Shown here in pieces: positions 1 to 7,173 of a stretch of 10,867 bases of DNA (the first letter of the stretch is position 1; the number at the start of each line of letters is the position of its first letter). The position numbers and the translations under genes were made by a program. The notes below the pieces were generated by a model that searched no databases, was not told the origin of the DNA, and saw only the letters and a program-made list of their open reading frames with translations. This DNA comes from an uncultured Deinococcales bacterium. GTDB lineage: Bacteria; Deinococcota; Deinococci; Deinococcales; JAAFIG01. The DNA lies in assembly GCA_964244895.1 (NCBI GenBank), contig CAXTKV010000061.1:1-10867 (forward strand), given 5' to 3'.

Positions 1-220
1 CGTGCGGGCGTTAAAGGCGATCACCGCGAGGGCGGTCGTGATGCCGGGCCGGACGGACTTATACTTCCCGCCCGAGGACAGCGAGATCGAGGTGCAGCAC
101 ATGCCCAACGCTGAACTGGCCATGATTGAGAGCGTCTGGGGTCACGCGGCGGGCGGCAACAGCAATCCCGTGGATTCCGCGTTCATCAACGATCAGATTG
201 CGCGTTTGTTGAACGAATAG
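1..220 (+). CDS. Alpha/beta-fold hydrolase, homoserine O-acetyltransferase-like; 3' end only, truncated by the window edge
   Basis: The frame is open from the edge to TAG at 218-220. ALKAITARAVVMPGRTDLYFPPEDS...IESVWGHAAG matches the acid-Asp (TDLYF) and catalytic-His (WGH) segments of MetX-like hydrolases. Confidence 0.8.
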   Translation, partial: VRALKAITARAVVMPGRTDLYFPPEDSEIEVQHMPNAELAMIESVWGHAAGGNSNPVDSAFINDQIARLLNE

Positions 221-250
221 AACACGCGAAAATGATGCTCGAGAATAGAG

Positions 251-296
251 AACACCGTCCAGCACGCATTCTCGAGATCGTGTGTGGGACGGTGTT
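251..296. repeat. 46-bp palindromic dispersed repeat, copy 1
   Basis: AACACCGTCCAGCACGCATTCTCGAGATCGTGTGTGGGACGGTGTT, with 10-bp perfect terminal arms AACACCGTCC/GGACGGTGTT and CTCGAG in the centre. It lies between two convergent genes. Confidence 0.9.
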
Positions 297-322
297 AATT
301 TAGTTGATCGAAGAAGCGATAC

Positions 323-640
323 TCAAAGAGAGTTCACTTGAAGCATCGAAAGAAGTTCACCAGTCTTGTTTACAAACCACGCTCGAGGACTATCGGGGTC
401 GTTTCCTTCAGAAACGAGCAAGTCGTAGAGTTCTGAAACGAAGGTAGTAATTAATTTTGTATCTTCTTGAGAAAGAAGATACAAGTCTAAATTACCGTAA
501 TGGATTGCATTGGTTAAGGTATCTGCCAAGTCGGAATCTGGTTTGATGTGATCAATTACATATTCCATGACGGCGCTAAACATACTATTGCTTGTTACCC
601 AGACTATATCTGGATCTTCAACGATTGTAAGTGTTGCCAC
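323..640 (-). CDS. Hypothetical acidic 105-aa protein with low GC (about 40%)
   Basis: GTG start preceded by a GAGGT Shine-Dalgarno. A 318-bp open frame in AT-rich DNA is unlikely by chance. No family recognised. Confidence 0.7.
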   Translation of the reverse strand: MATLTIVEDPDIVWVTSNSMFSAVMEYVIDHIKPDSDLADTLTNAIHYGNLDLYLLSQEDTKLITTFVSELYDLLVSEGNDPDSPRAWFVNKTGELLSMLQVNSL

Positions 641-736
641 GTTAGTTACCTCAATAGGTCAACGCTGCAAATGATAGCTTGGAATGCGGAGGCGATATCG
701 GTAACTCAGGCTTCAAGTCGTTGAAATTATCACCTT

Positions 737-2572
737 CTATGACAACCAATCTTCTGCGGATTTCGCTTCCCCTTCTAAATCCTTCACGCTCGAGACTTCA
801 TCTTTGCGCGTGGCCCACGCAGGGAATGGGAAGGTGATCATCACGGGGCTGGGAACCTCGGGTTGCTGCACGATCATCGTACCGGGTTGAAGGATGCCAG
901 CGCGCAAACGGAACGCGCCGGGAAGGAAACGGTACTCGGGGCGTTCGGCTTCGGCAGGGTCCAGGCGTCCGACCACGCGAATGCTCGCGTTGGCCACGAT
1001 GCGGCGCTCGACTTCGGACGCGGTTTGTTGCGCTCCAATCAAAATAATGCCCAGGCTGCGCCCGCGTTCCGCGATGTCCAGCAGCACGTCCTTGATCGGG
1101 CTTTCGCCCTCGCGTGGGGCGTACTTGTTCAACTCGTCCAGCACGACGAACATTTTGCCTCGAGACCCAGATTTTTCCCTGGCCTCAAAGACCTGCTTCA
1201 AAACCACGCCGACCACGAACATCTGCGCGTAACAGTTCAGGCTGTGAATGTCCACGACCGTCAACTGGTTGCGCATCGGGTCGGGTCGGTGCTTGTCGGC
1301 GGTGCTTTCGTCCACGTCGCCGCGCACGAGCGGGTTGAGATGCTTGACCACGCCGCGCAATCGCCGGATGAAGGCTTGCCGCGTGCCCAGGGGTTGCCGT
1401 CCGACCCATTTCGGGTCGCCGTCCTCGCCCTGGTCGATCAGCTTGTATTCGATGTAGGCCACGAGCTGCGTGAAGGTCTGGATGCGCGCCTTGCCGAGTT
1501 GCGTGAACTCGATGCCGGGGTCGATCTCGCGGGCTTCCTCGGGGCTCCAGTCGTCCACCAATAAAAACGGCGCGCTCGAGCCATCGTTGGTCGCCAGCCG
1601 CGCGAGTTTTTCTTCGATCTGCCCGATCAGGAAGCCCAGGTTGAGGCTCGAGTCCCGATCAGAGAAGCAGTAGGGGAGAAGCCTTCCCTTGGCGAATTCT
1701 CGCAGCGTCCACAGGTACGGCGTGATACCCGTCTGCCGTTGCGTGATGCCGTGCGTGATGGTTCTGGAACCCGAATCGTCCATCGCGGGCGGCGCGAGAA
1801 ATTGCACGTCCTGGAAAGGCGTCTTGGGTAAGCCGCAGGCCGTGTACCGATCGGACTTGATGCCGCGCGCCTTCGAGATCGCGCCCTCGCGTTCCTCAAA
1901 TTTGCTGTTAGGTTGATCCAGAAAGAGCAAATCCTGTCCCTTGACGTTGAAGATCACCGCTTTGCTGTTCGCCCGCTCGAGCCCCAACGCATCCGAATTG
2001 AACAGGCTGTACAGCAAGAAGAGCGCGTAGCTCGTTTTGGTCGCCACGCCGGACACGCCGGAGATGTTGACGTGTGCGCCGTTCTCGCCGTTCAGGAACG
2101 CGAAGTTGAGCATGGCGGGCTCGCCGTTGCGCAGCACGCCCGCCGGAAGGGTTTCTTTCATGCGGTCGCGGTAGAGCGCCATCTCGAGATCCTTGCCGAC
2201 CGCCAGGAACACGCTGTCGCCGGGATGTGGGGGAATGAACTCTTCGGGGTCGACCCGCGTCACGATCACGTGCGCGGCGTAAGAGACGTTGACCGGAATC
2301 GTCCCCTCGAGCGCGAGCTTGGTGTCACTGTCGTATTGCACGCCCTCGTGGAGTTTACGAACGCTGTCCACCACGGCGTAAAAGCGGATGAAATGCTCGT
2401 CCTTGGGCTGGAAACGGTCGTTTTCTGGCGTGTTCGGCCTGAGCGTCTTGACGACCACCAGATCGTCGAGTTGCAGCATCATGCCGTCCTCGACGCCGAC
2501 CCAGAATTCCAGTGGTGCGCTGTCGCGCGTCCCTAAAACGATACCGACGTTGGTGGCTGGAATGGCGATCAT
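737..2572 (-). CDS. herA: HerA-family ATPase/helicase (FtsK-HerA superfamily), 611 aa
   Basis: N-terminal HAS-barrel-like segment (VGIVLGT...FWVGV...LQLDDLVVV), variant Walker A HVNISGVSGVATKTS, Walker B VVLDELNKYAP and the ERGRSLGIILIGAQQ motif. AGGAGG RBS present. Lies directly downstream of nurA. Confidence 0.92.
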   Translation of the reverse strand: MIAIPATNVGIVLGTRDSAPLEFWVGVEDGMMLQLDDLVVVKTLRPNTPENDRFQPKDEHFIRFYAVVDSVRKLHEGVQYDSDTKLALEGTIPVNVSYAAHVIVTRVDPEEFIPPHPGDSVFLAVGKDLEMALYRDRMKETLPAGVLRNGEPAMLNFAFLNGENGAHVNISGVSGVATKTSYALFLLYSLFNSDALGLERANSKAVIFNVKGQDLLFLDQPNSKFEEREGAISKARGIKSDRYTACGLPKTPFQDVQFLAPPAMDDSGSRTITHGITQRQTGITPYLWTLREFAKGRLLPYCFSDRDSSLNLGFLIGQIEEKLARLATNDGSSAPFLLVDDWSPEEAREIDPGIEFTQLGKARIQTFTQLVAYIEYKLIDQGEDGDPKWVGRQPLGTRQAFIRRLRGVVKHLNPLVRGDVDESTADKHRPDPMRNQLTVVDIHSLNCYAQMFVVGVVLKQVFEAREKSGSRGKMFVVLDELNKYAPREGESPIKDVLLDIAERGRSLGIILIGAQQTASEVERRIVANASIRVVGRLDPAEAERPEYRFLPGAFRLRAGILQPGTMIVQQPEVPSPVMITFPFPAWATRKDEVSSVKDLEGEAKSAEDWLS

Positions 2573-2693
2573 GGTTTCCTCCTGCGTGATTGCTTTCCCC
2601 CGCGAGCTGGGGGAAGTGTGGCTCGAGCCTCACGGCTGCCGTGACGGGTGATGCGTGCGGATCGAGCTTGCGACTCGAGCCTCGCGCCGCGTT

Positions 2694-3770
2694 TTAGTTG
2701 ACCTCTCGGGCGGCACCGTCCAGCACGGGATCTTTGATTTGCGTCCCAGACGGTGTTTTCGTGATTTCCGGTTGCGCGTACATGGCTTGCAGGTGCGATT
2801 GAATCCGGCGCCGGATGATGCCGGGATCGCCCATGCGCCGACCCAGTTCGGATTCCAGGAACGCGACGGGCATCAGTTGCTGCGGTGCGCGCGGGTCGCG
2901 GAAGGATTTCGCGGCGAATTTGGGCAGGTTCAGGCACGTCCAGTCCGCCACGGCCACCGCCCACTCCTGACCGCGCTCCGCGTAAACTTCCAGCCGCACC
3001 ACACCGGATAGGCCCTGGTGCCAGTCGATGGGGTTGTCGAGGCGCAAGTACCACGAGAAGCGCTCCAGCCGACCGCCGATCAAAAAGACGGGCGAACGCT
3101 GGCCTTTTTGCAGCGCGAAGAGCGTGCGTTGTTCCAGCGGTGGCAACCGGAAATCGTGCAGCGTCTTGACGTACCCGACTGAACTCGGGAAGCTCGCGTC
3201 GAGCGCCAGCGTGCCGTCCACCACCAGCAAACTGGCTCGAGCCTTCAGCCCCTGCGCGGTCTGGGCTTCGGCCTGGCGCATCAGGTTCTGAAGCTTTTGC
3301 TCCAGGGCGTTCTCGCGGTTGTCATAGTTCGGGATCGTCTGGGTGGCGTAAAAAAGATCGCCCAGTTTGCTGCCGGTCGACGGGATCATCACGCCCGGAT
3401 GTTCGATGTCGCCGCCCAGGATCAGCACGCGCCGGGGGTCGGCTTTCTCGACGTGCGCTTTGGCGTCGATCCGGGATACTTTCGCCAGTCCGACCGCGAA
3501 GGTGCCCAGCAATCCGGGCGCGGTGCGGTGGACGGATTTGGCGGTTGCGCCCTCGTCCCATTCGGCAAAGACGCGCTGTTCGATGCGGCGGCGACCGTCG
3601 ATGAAGTACAGGTGATCGAAATCGATCTGCTCGAGCCTGGTCTGGACAGGTTTCCATTCGTCCAGTTCCACGTGCAGATTGACATCCTCGAAGGGCACGG
3701 TCTCGAGGCCCGCGGCGTCGTGCAGGCTGGTGTCGTATTCTGCCGCCCACGGCTCGAGCGTCAGTTTCAC
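2694..3770 (-). CDS. nurA: NurA-family nuclease, 358 aa
   Basis: Motifs YFIDGRRR, LLVVDGTL, VGYVKT, GQRSPVF, RFSWYLRL and DPRAPQQLMPVAFLESEL are typical of bacterial NurA. Adjacent to herA. GTG start. Confidence 0.9.
   Translation of the reverse strand: MKLTLEPWAAEYDTSLHDAAGLETVPFEDVNLHVELDEWKPVQTRLEQIDFDHLYFIDGRRRIEQRVFAEWDEGATAKSVHRTAPGLLGTFAVGLAKVSRIDAKAHVEKADPRRVLILGGDIEHPGVMIPSTGSKLGDLFYATQTIPNYDNRENALEQKLQNLMRQAEAQTAQGLKARASLLVVDGTLALDASFPSSVGYVKTLHDFRLPPLEQRTLFALQKGQRSPVFLIGGRLERFSWYLRLDNPIDWHQGLSGVVRLEVYAERGQEWAVAVADWTCLNLPKFAAKSFRDPRAPQQLMPVAFLESELGRRMGDPGIIRRRIQSHLQAMYAQPEITKTPSGTQIKDPVLDGAAREVN
2712..2757. repeat. 46-bp palindromic repeat, copy 2, inside the nurA 3' end
   Basis: GGCACCGTCCAGCACGGGATCTTTGATTTGCGTCCCAGACGGTGTT. 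Same length as copies 1 and 3, and shares CACCGTCCAGCACG and GACGGTGTT with them. Confidence 0.85.
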
Positions 3771-3806
3771 GCCTGTACCGGTGGCTTGTCGCTCTGGTCG
3801 CCGCTT

Positions 3807-3823
3807 TTACGTTCCATCCGTAA
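3807..3823. promoter_or_regulatory. RDRM-like 17-bp palindrome (putative DdrO operator) upstream of nurA-herA
   Basis: TTACG-TTCCATC-CGTAA has perfect 5-bp arms and a 7-bp spacer, the architecture of the Deinococcus radiation/desiccation response motif. It starts 5 bp downstream of the predicted -10 box. Confidence 0.7.
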
Positions 3824-3827
3824 CGAA

Positions 3828-3856
3828 ACTCTATCGGCGCGCGGCGCTCGAGTCAA
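3828..3856 (-). promoter_or_regulatory. Sigma70-type promoter for nurA-herA
   Basis: On the minus strand, TTGACT (3856-3851), a 17-bp spacer, then TAGAGT (3833-3828). Confidence 0.7.
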
Positions 3857-3869
3857 TGCGATAGCAATG

Positions 3870-3915
3870 AACACCGTCCAGCACGGTGTTCTTGTCTCGT
3901 GTGCTGGACGGTGTT
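3870..3915. repeat. 46-bp palindromic repeat, copy 3 (most perfect copy)
   Basis: AACACCGTCCAGCACGGTGTTCTTGTCTCGTGTGCTGGACGGTGTT. With one flanking base each side it forms 16-bp perfect arms (3869-3884 and 3901-3916). The left part also forms a nested palindrome, AACACCGT-CCAGC-ACGGTGTT. Confidence 0.92.
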
Positions 3916-3928
3916 CCGGGGGACAGCT

Positions 3929-4357
3929 TCACTTCACGAACTTGATCGACCACGGGTAGCGGTACTTTTCGCCTTTGCTGGCCGCGATGGTCGCCAGCAC
4001 GATGAACACGACCTGCGCGACCGCCAGCGCGCCCAGGATCGGCCCGGTCACGATGAACCCCAGACCCAGCGTGACGATGCTGGAGACGATCAGCGCGGCG
4101 CTGATGGTGAACAGGCTGAGCTGGAAGTTGATCGCTTCCTTGCCCTGATCGTCCGCGTAGGCGGATTTGTCCTTCCAGACCAGCCACGCCACCAGCGGCC
4201 CCAGCACCGCGCCCAGGGCGGGCACGACGTAGGCCGCAAGCGCCGACAGGTGAATCACCATGCCGTAGGTGCGCTCCTCGTTGGTGGTCAGGTTGACGCC
4301 GCGTTCCTGTTCGATGCTGCTCGAGCCAAGGTTGCCGGTCAGTTCAGAGTCGTTCAT
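3929..4357 (-). CDS. DUF4870-like (Tic20-like) membrane protein, 142 aa
   Basis: EERTYGMVIHLS...LGPLVAWLVWKDKS...QGKEAINFQLS...AASKGEKYRYP is the typical pattern of this family, with three hydrophobic segments. The start is placed at ATG 4357 because the ORF-track extension to 4564 crosses a hairpin-rich intergenic region. Confidence 0.85.
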   Translation of the reverse strand: MNDSELTGNLGSSSIEQERGVNLTTNEERTYGMVIHLSALAAYVVPALGAVLGPLVAWLVWKDKSAYADDQGKEAINFQLSLFTISAALIVSSIVTLGLGFIVTGPILGALAVAQVVFIVLATIAASKGEKYRYPWSIKFVK

Positions 4358-4512
4358 GGTTTTCAATACGTCAGGTCTGGTCGCGGGGTTCCGAGAATTT
4401 CGAGTCGATCGGTTGCGCCAATCTGAATGGGCCGACCTCAATCGAAGGTCGAGTCGGTGCGACGCGGAACCTCTTTGCTCGAGAAATCCAGCGCCAGATG
4501 CTCGAAGCGAAA

Positions 4513-4541
4513 ACGGGCTTCTCGAAGCTCGAGAAGCCCGT
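4513..4541 (-). terminator. Putative intrinsic terminator after ppa-hsp20
   Basis: 13-bp perfect stem ACGGGCTTCTCGA/TCGAGAAGCCCGT with a 3-nt loop, followed on the minus strand by a short T run. About 27 nt after the hsp20 stop. Confidence 0.65.
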
Positions 4542-4567
4542 GCCGAAGCTCGCGCCTCGCGCATACG

Positions 4568-4975
4568 TCAATCCGCTTCAGTCTCGAGATTGCCCGCCTC
4601 GACCGTGATCGTGCGGTTCAACTTCGAGAACCGCACTTCGAGCTGCCCAGCGCGGTACTGCGCGACCGCTGATCCCGGTTCGACGGGTTCTGGGACGCGC
4701 AGGGTGCGCTGGAACGTGCCCTGTGGTCGTTCCGCCACGAGCGCGTGACCGTATTGCTGGACTTCTCGGGTTCCGACGACCGTGATGTCGTCGCCGTCGT
4801 GCGCGATCTCGAGGCTGGATGCGTCCACGCCGGGCGCGTCGAGGATCAGGATCAGGTCATCGTCGGTTTCAAACCAGTCGGCGGCGGGCGTCCAGGCGCT
4901 CGGGCCTTTGAGCTTCTCGATCCGTTCGCGCACGCCCGCGAGTTCAGTCAAGGGTTTCCAGGTCTGGAGGTCCAT
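4568..4975 (-). CDS. Hsp20/alpha-crystallin small heat-shock protein, 135 aa
   Basis: WTPAADWFET...LDAPGV...ERPQGTFQRTLRVPEPV...AQYRAGQLEVRF. ATG 4975 lies 8 nt after the ppa stop; the ORF-track start at 5011 would overlap ppa. Confidence 0.9.
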   Translation of the reverse strand: MDLQTWKPLTELAGVRERIEKLKGPSAWTPAADWFETDDDLILILDAPGVDASSLEIAHDGDDITVVGTREVQQYGHALVAERPQGTFQRTLRVPEPVEPGSAVAQYRAGQLEVRFSKLNRTITVEAGNLETEAD

Positions 4976-4983
4976 GACGGATC

Positions 4984-5502
4984 TTACTTCGCCGCGGCGC
5001 GTTCGACGCACCGGACGATTTCGGCGTAGGCCGCCTGCCGATCGCGCCAGCCGAGCGTCTCGACGAGCTTGTTTTCCAAGGTTTTGTACTCCAGGAAAAA
5101 GTGTTCGATCTCCGCCAATCGGTGCGACTGAATATCCTCGAGCTCCACGCGATCGTCCCAGCGCGGGTCGCGGGCGGGCACGGCCAGAATCTTCTCGTCC
5201 TCGCCCTTGTCGTCGCGCATGACCAGCATCCCGACGGGGCGCGCCTCGACCAGCACGCCGACCTGGAACGGGTGGGTTGACAGAATGATCACGTCCAAGG
5301 GGTCGCCGTCGCCGCCCAGGGTGCTGGGCATGAAGCCGTAATCGCCGGGGTAGCTCATGCTGGCGTAGAGCACGCGATCCAGTTTGATCACGCCCAGATC
5401 CTTGTCGTATTCGTATTTGTTGGACGTGTTGCGCGGCACTTCGATCACGACGTTGATGATTTCTGGGGACTTGGGGCCGCTGGGCAAATCGTAAAGTTTC
5501 AT
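4984..5502 (-). CDS. ppa: Family I inorganic pyrophosphatase, 172 aa
   Basis: VIEVP, KYEYDK, LDRVLY, YPGDYGF, DGDPLD, DDKGEDEKILAV and IEHFFLEYKTLE. GGAG RBS present. Confidence 0.97.
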   Translation of the reverse strand: MKLYDLPSGPKSPEIINVVIEVPRNTSNKYEYDKDLGVIKLDRVLYASMSYPGDYGFMPSTLGGDGDPLDVIILSTHPFQVGVLVEARPVGMLVMRDDKGEDEKILAVPARDPRWDDRVELEDIQSHRLAEIEHFFLEYKTLENKLVETLGWRDRQAAYAEIVRCVERAAAK

Positions 5503-5557
5503 GCGTCAGTCTCCAATGGGAACGTGAGGCTCGAGCGTGTTCTTCTCGAGCTTCAAG

Positions 5558-5578
5558 AGTGTATCAGGCGTGTACAAT
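5558..5578. promoter_or_regulatory. Back-to-back -10 elements for ppa and miaA
   Basis: Minus strand TG-A-TACACT (extended -10, hexamer 5563-5558) faces ppa. Plus strand TACAAT (5573-5578) lies 7 nt before the in-frame GTG of miaA. Confidence 0.6.
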
Positions 5579-5585
5579 TCCGCCC

Positions 5586-6539
5586 GTGACGCCCCAGTCC
5601 ACAGCCCCGAAGATTCCCATTCTGGCCGGGCCGACCGCCAGCGGCAAGACGGCGCTTTCATTGGAACTCGCCGCGACTTTTCCGCTCGAGATCATCTCGG
5701 CGGACGCGATGATGGTCTACCGGGGCATGGATGTCGGCACGGCCAAACCGACGCTGGCGGAACGCGCGCTCGCGCCGCACCACCTGATCGATCTGGTCGA
5801 GCCGAGCACGGATTTCAGCGTGGCAGAGTGGGTCACGCGCGCCGAGGAAACCATCCAGGACGTGATTTCGCGCGGTCGAATTCCGTTCGTGGTCGGTGGC
5901 ACGGGTTTCTACATCCGCGCCCTCAAGCACGGTTTGCCGACCGCGCCGCCGTCCGATCGGGAGGCCATCGCACGGCTCGAGGCGGAATTGCACGCGCAAG
6001 GTCTGGACGCGATGGTCGCGGAGCTCGAGGATTCGAGTCCCGAGGACGCGGCCCGCGCCGCGCGCAACCCGCGCCGCGTCCTGCGCGCCCTCGAGATTCT
6101 GCGCGGCAGCGGCAGAGCGCCCAAGGATCACCCGAATCGGACGCCCAGATTCGCGTACCGGACGGTCTTGCTGATGCCCGAAAAGACCGTTCTGGACGCC
6201 AGAATAGAGGCTCGAACCCGAAAGATGTTGCAGGACGGGCTGATCGAGGAAGCTCGAGGTCTGATGTCGAGTTTCGTGCGCGATGGTCGGCGCGCGACCA
6301 GCTTTCAGGCCATCGGCTACAAGCAGGCGCTCGACTTTCTGACGGGCGTGTACTTGGAAGACGGCACGCGCCGGGACGTGTCGCTCGAGGAAGTGGAACG
6401 GCGCATCACCCTGGCCACGCGCCAGTACGCCAAGCGCCAGGCGACCTGGTTCAGGCGCGAATCGGACGCGATCACCGTGGAATCGTCCGATGCAGCCCGT
6501 ACTGAACTCGAGCGGATTCTTCGAACCTGGATGCGCTGA
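5586..6539 (+). CDS. miaA: tRNA (adenosine(37)-N6)-dimethylallyltransferase, 317 aa
   Basis: LAGPTASGKT, ISADAMMVYRGMDVGTAKP, PHHLID, VGGTGFY, QAIGYK and TRQYAKRQATWFR. Start moved to GTG 5586 (TACAAT-N7-GTG, inferred leaderless). Confidence 0.97.
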   Translation: MTPQSTAPKIPILAGPTASGKTALSLELAATFPLEIISADAMMVYRGMDVGTAKPTLAERALAPHHLIDLVEPSTDFSVAEWVTRAEETIQDVISRGRIPFVVGGTGFYIRALKHGLPTAPPSDREAIARLEAELHAQGLDAMVAELEDSSPEDAARAARNPRRVLRALEILRGSGRAPKDHPNRTPRFAYRTVLLMPEKTVLDARIEARTRKMLQDGLIEEARGLMSSFVRDGRRATSFQAIGYKQALDFLTGVYLEDGTRRDVSLEEVERRITLATRQYAKRQATWFRRESDAITVESSDAARTELERILRTWMR

Positions 6540-6571
6540 GGGCGCAGATCGCGCCCTCGGGAAGCCCTAGG

Positions 6572-6596
6572 AATACCGTCCAGAACGGTGTTTTTT
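6572..6596 (+). repeat. Half copy (21-bp self-palindrome) of the repeat family with a T tract; probable miaA terminator
   Basis: AATACCGT-CCAGA-ACGGTGTT-TTTT is 19/21 identical to the left 21 bp of copy 3. It lies between the convergent miaA and cyclase genes. Confidence 0.75.
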
Positions 6597-6656
6597 GGTC
6601 GTTCAAAAGAGGTCGAAAAACATGTTCCAAGAGGCCGATATGCGCCCGAAACGCCT

Positions 6657-7091
6657 TCAGTCGGTCCCACCGGGCATGGACGGGATCGCGCCAATTTGGG
6701 CGAATAAAGCGTAAAAGTCCACCTCCGGCCAGTGCTCGACGATCTTGCCCTGATCGAAACGGTAAATGTGGATCTCGGTGAACTTGACGGTTCGGTTGGT
6801 GGCCGGAATGCCGAGCAATTCGTTGGTGTGCGTTCCGGTCGCGGTCGTGCGCTCGATGACTCTGTCGCCATCGGCCAGAAGATCCTCGAGGTTGACGGTC
6901 ACGTCCGGCATCGCGCCGATGACGGCGCTGCCGACGGAGCGAAAGCCCCGCAGGTCGGGTGTCACGCCCGGAAGCCTGAAGTGCGTGATGAAATCCTGGC
7001 TGAAGAGTTCATCGATGACGCGGTGATCGTGTTCGTTCTTGTATTCCTGGACGAAGCGGCGGATGGTGGCCTTGTTTTCTTCGATGCCCAT
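6657..7091 (-). CDS. SnoaL-like ester cyclase (NTF2 fold), 144 aa
   Basis: ENKATIRRF...IDELFSQDF...AMPD...LEDLLADGDRV...GTHTNELLGIPATNRTV...IYRFDQGKIVEHW. AGGAGG RBS present. Confidence 0.92.
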   Translation of the reverse strand: MGIEENKATIRRFVQEYKNEHDHRVIDELFSQDFITHFRLPGVTPDLRGFRSVGSAVIGAMPDVTVNLEDLLADGDRVIERTTATGTHTNELLGIPATNRTVKFTEIHIYRFDQGKIVEHWPEVDFYALFAQIGAIPSMPGGTD

Positions 7092-7102
7092 GGTGCCCTC
7101 CT

Positions 7103-7125
7103 GAGGCTCGAGTGGCTCGAGCCTC
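7103..7125. other. Perfect hairpin built from two CTCGAG sites in the cyclase 5' leader
   Basis: GAGGCTCGAG-TGG-CTCGAGCCTC forms a 10-bp stem immediately upstream of the AGGAGG RBS on the minus strand. Confidence 0.7.
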
Positions 7126-7133
7126 CAGAAGAA

Positions 7134-7172
7134 TGTACCGATTGGTTTGTTATTTCTGTACCTTTTGGTACA
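7134..7172. promoter_or_regulatory. Two tandem putative TetR operators upstream of the cyclase gene
   Basis: TGTACC-TTTT-GGTACA (7157-7172, perfect arms) and TGTACC-GATT-GGTTTG (7134-7149). The second overlaps a minus-strand -10-like TACATT (7137-7132). Confidence 0.7.
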
Positions 7173-7173
7173 C

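Noticed and set aside
244..300. Repeat downstream of the AT-rich orphan as an integron attC site (AAC...GTT ends)
   Set aside because: 46 bp is shorter than typical attC sites, the flanks do not consistently fit RYYYAAC/GTTRRRY, other copies border housekeeping genes, and no integrase is present.
2030..2065. Non-canonical Walker A (GVSGVATKTS) as an inactivated ATPase
   Set aside because: As I recall, this variant is characteristic of this bacterial HerA subfamily. The Lys-Thr, Walker B and downstream Arg motif are intact.
737..3770. HerA as part of an anti-phage system (Sir2-HerA or DUF4297-HerA)
   Set aside because: The partner is NurA, the composition is native, and the context is housekeeping. 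This fits the DNA-repair HerA-NurA pair.
4976..5560. HspR control of the nearby hsp20
   Set aside because: I saw no CTTGAGT-N7-ACTCAAG-like site upstream of hsp20 or ppa. hsp20 looks co-transcribed with ppa.
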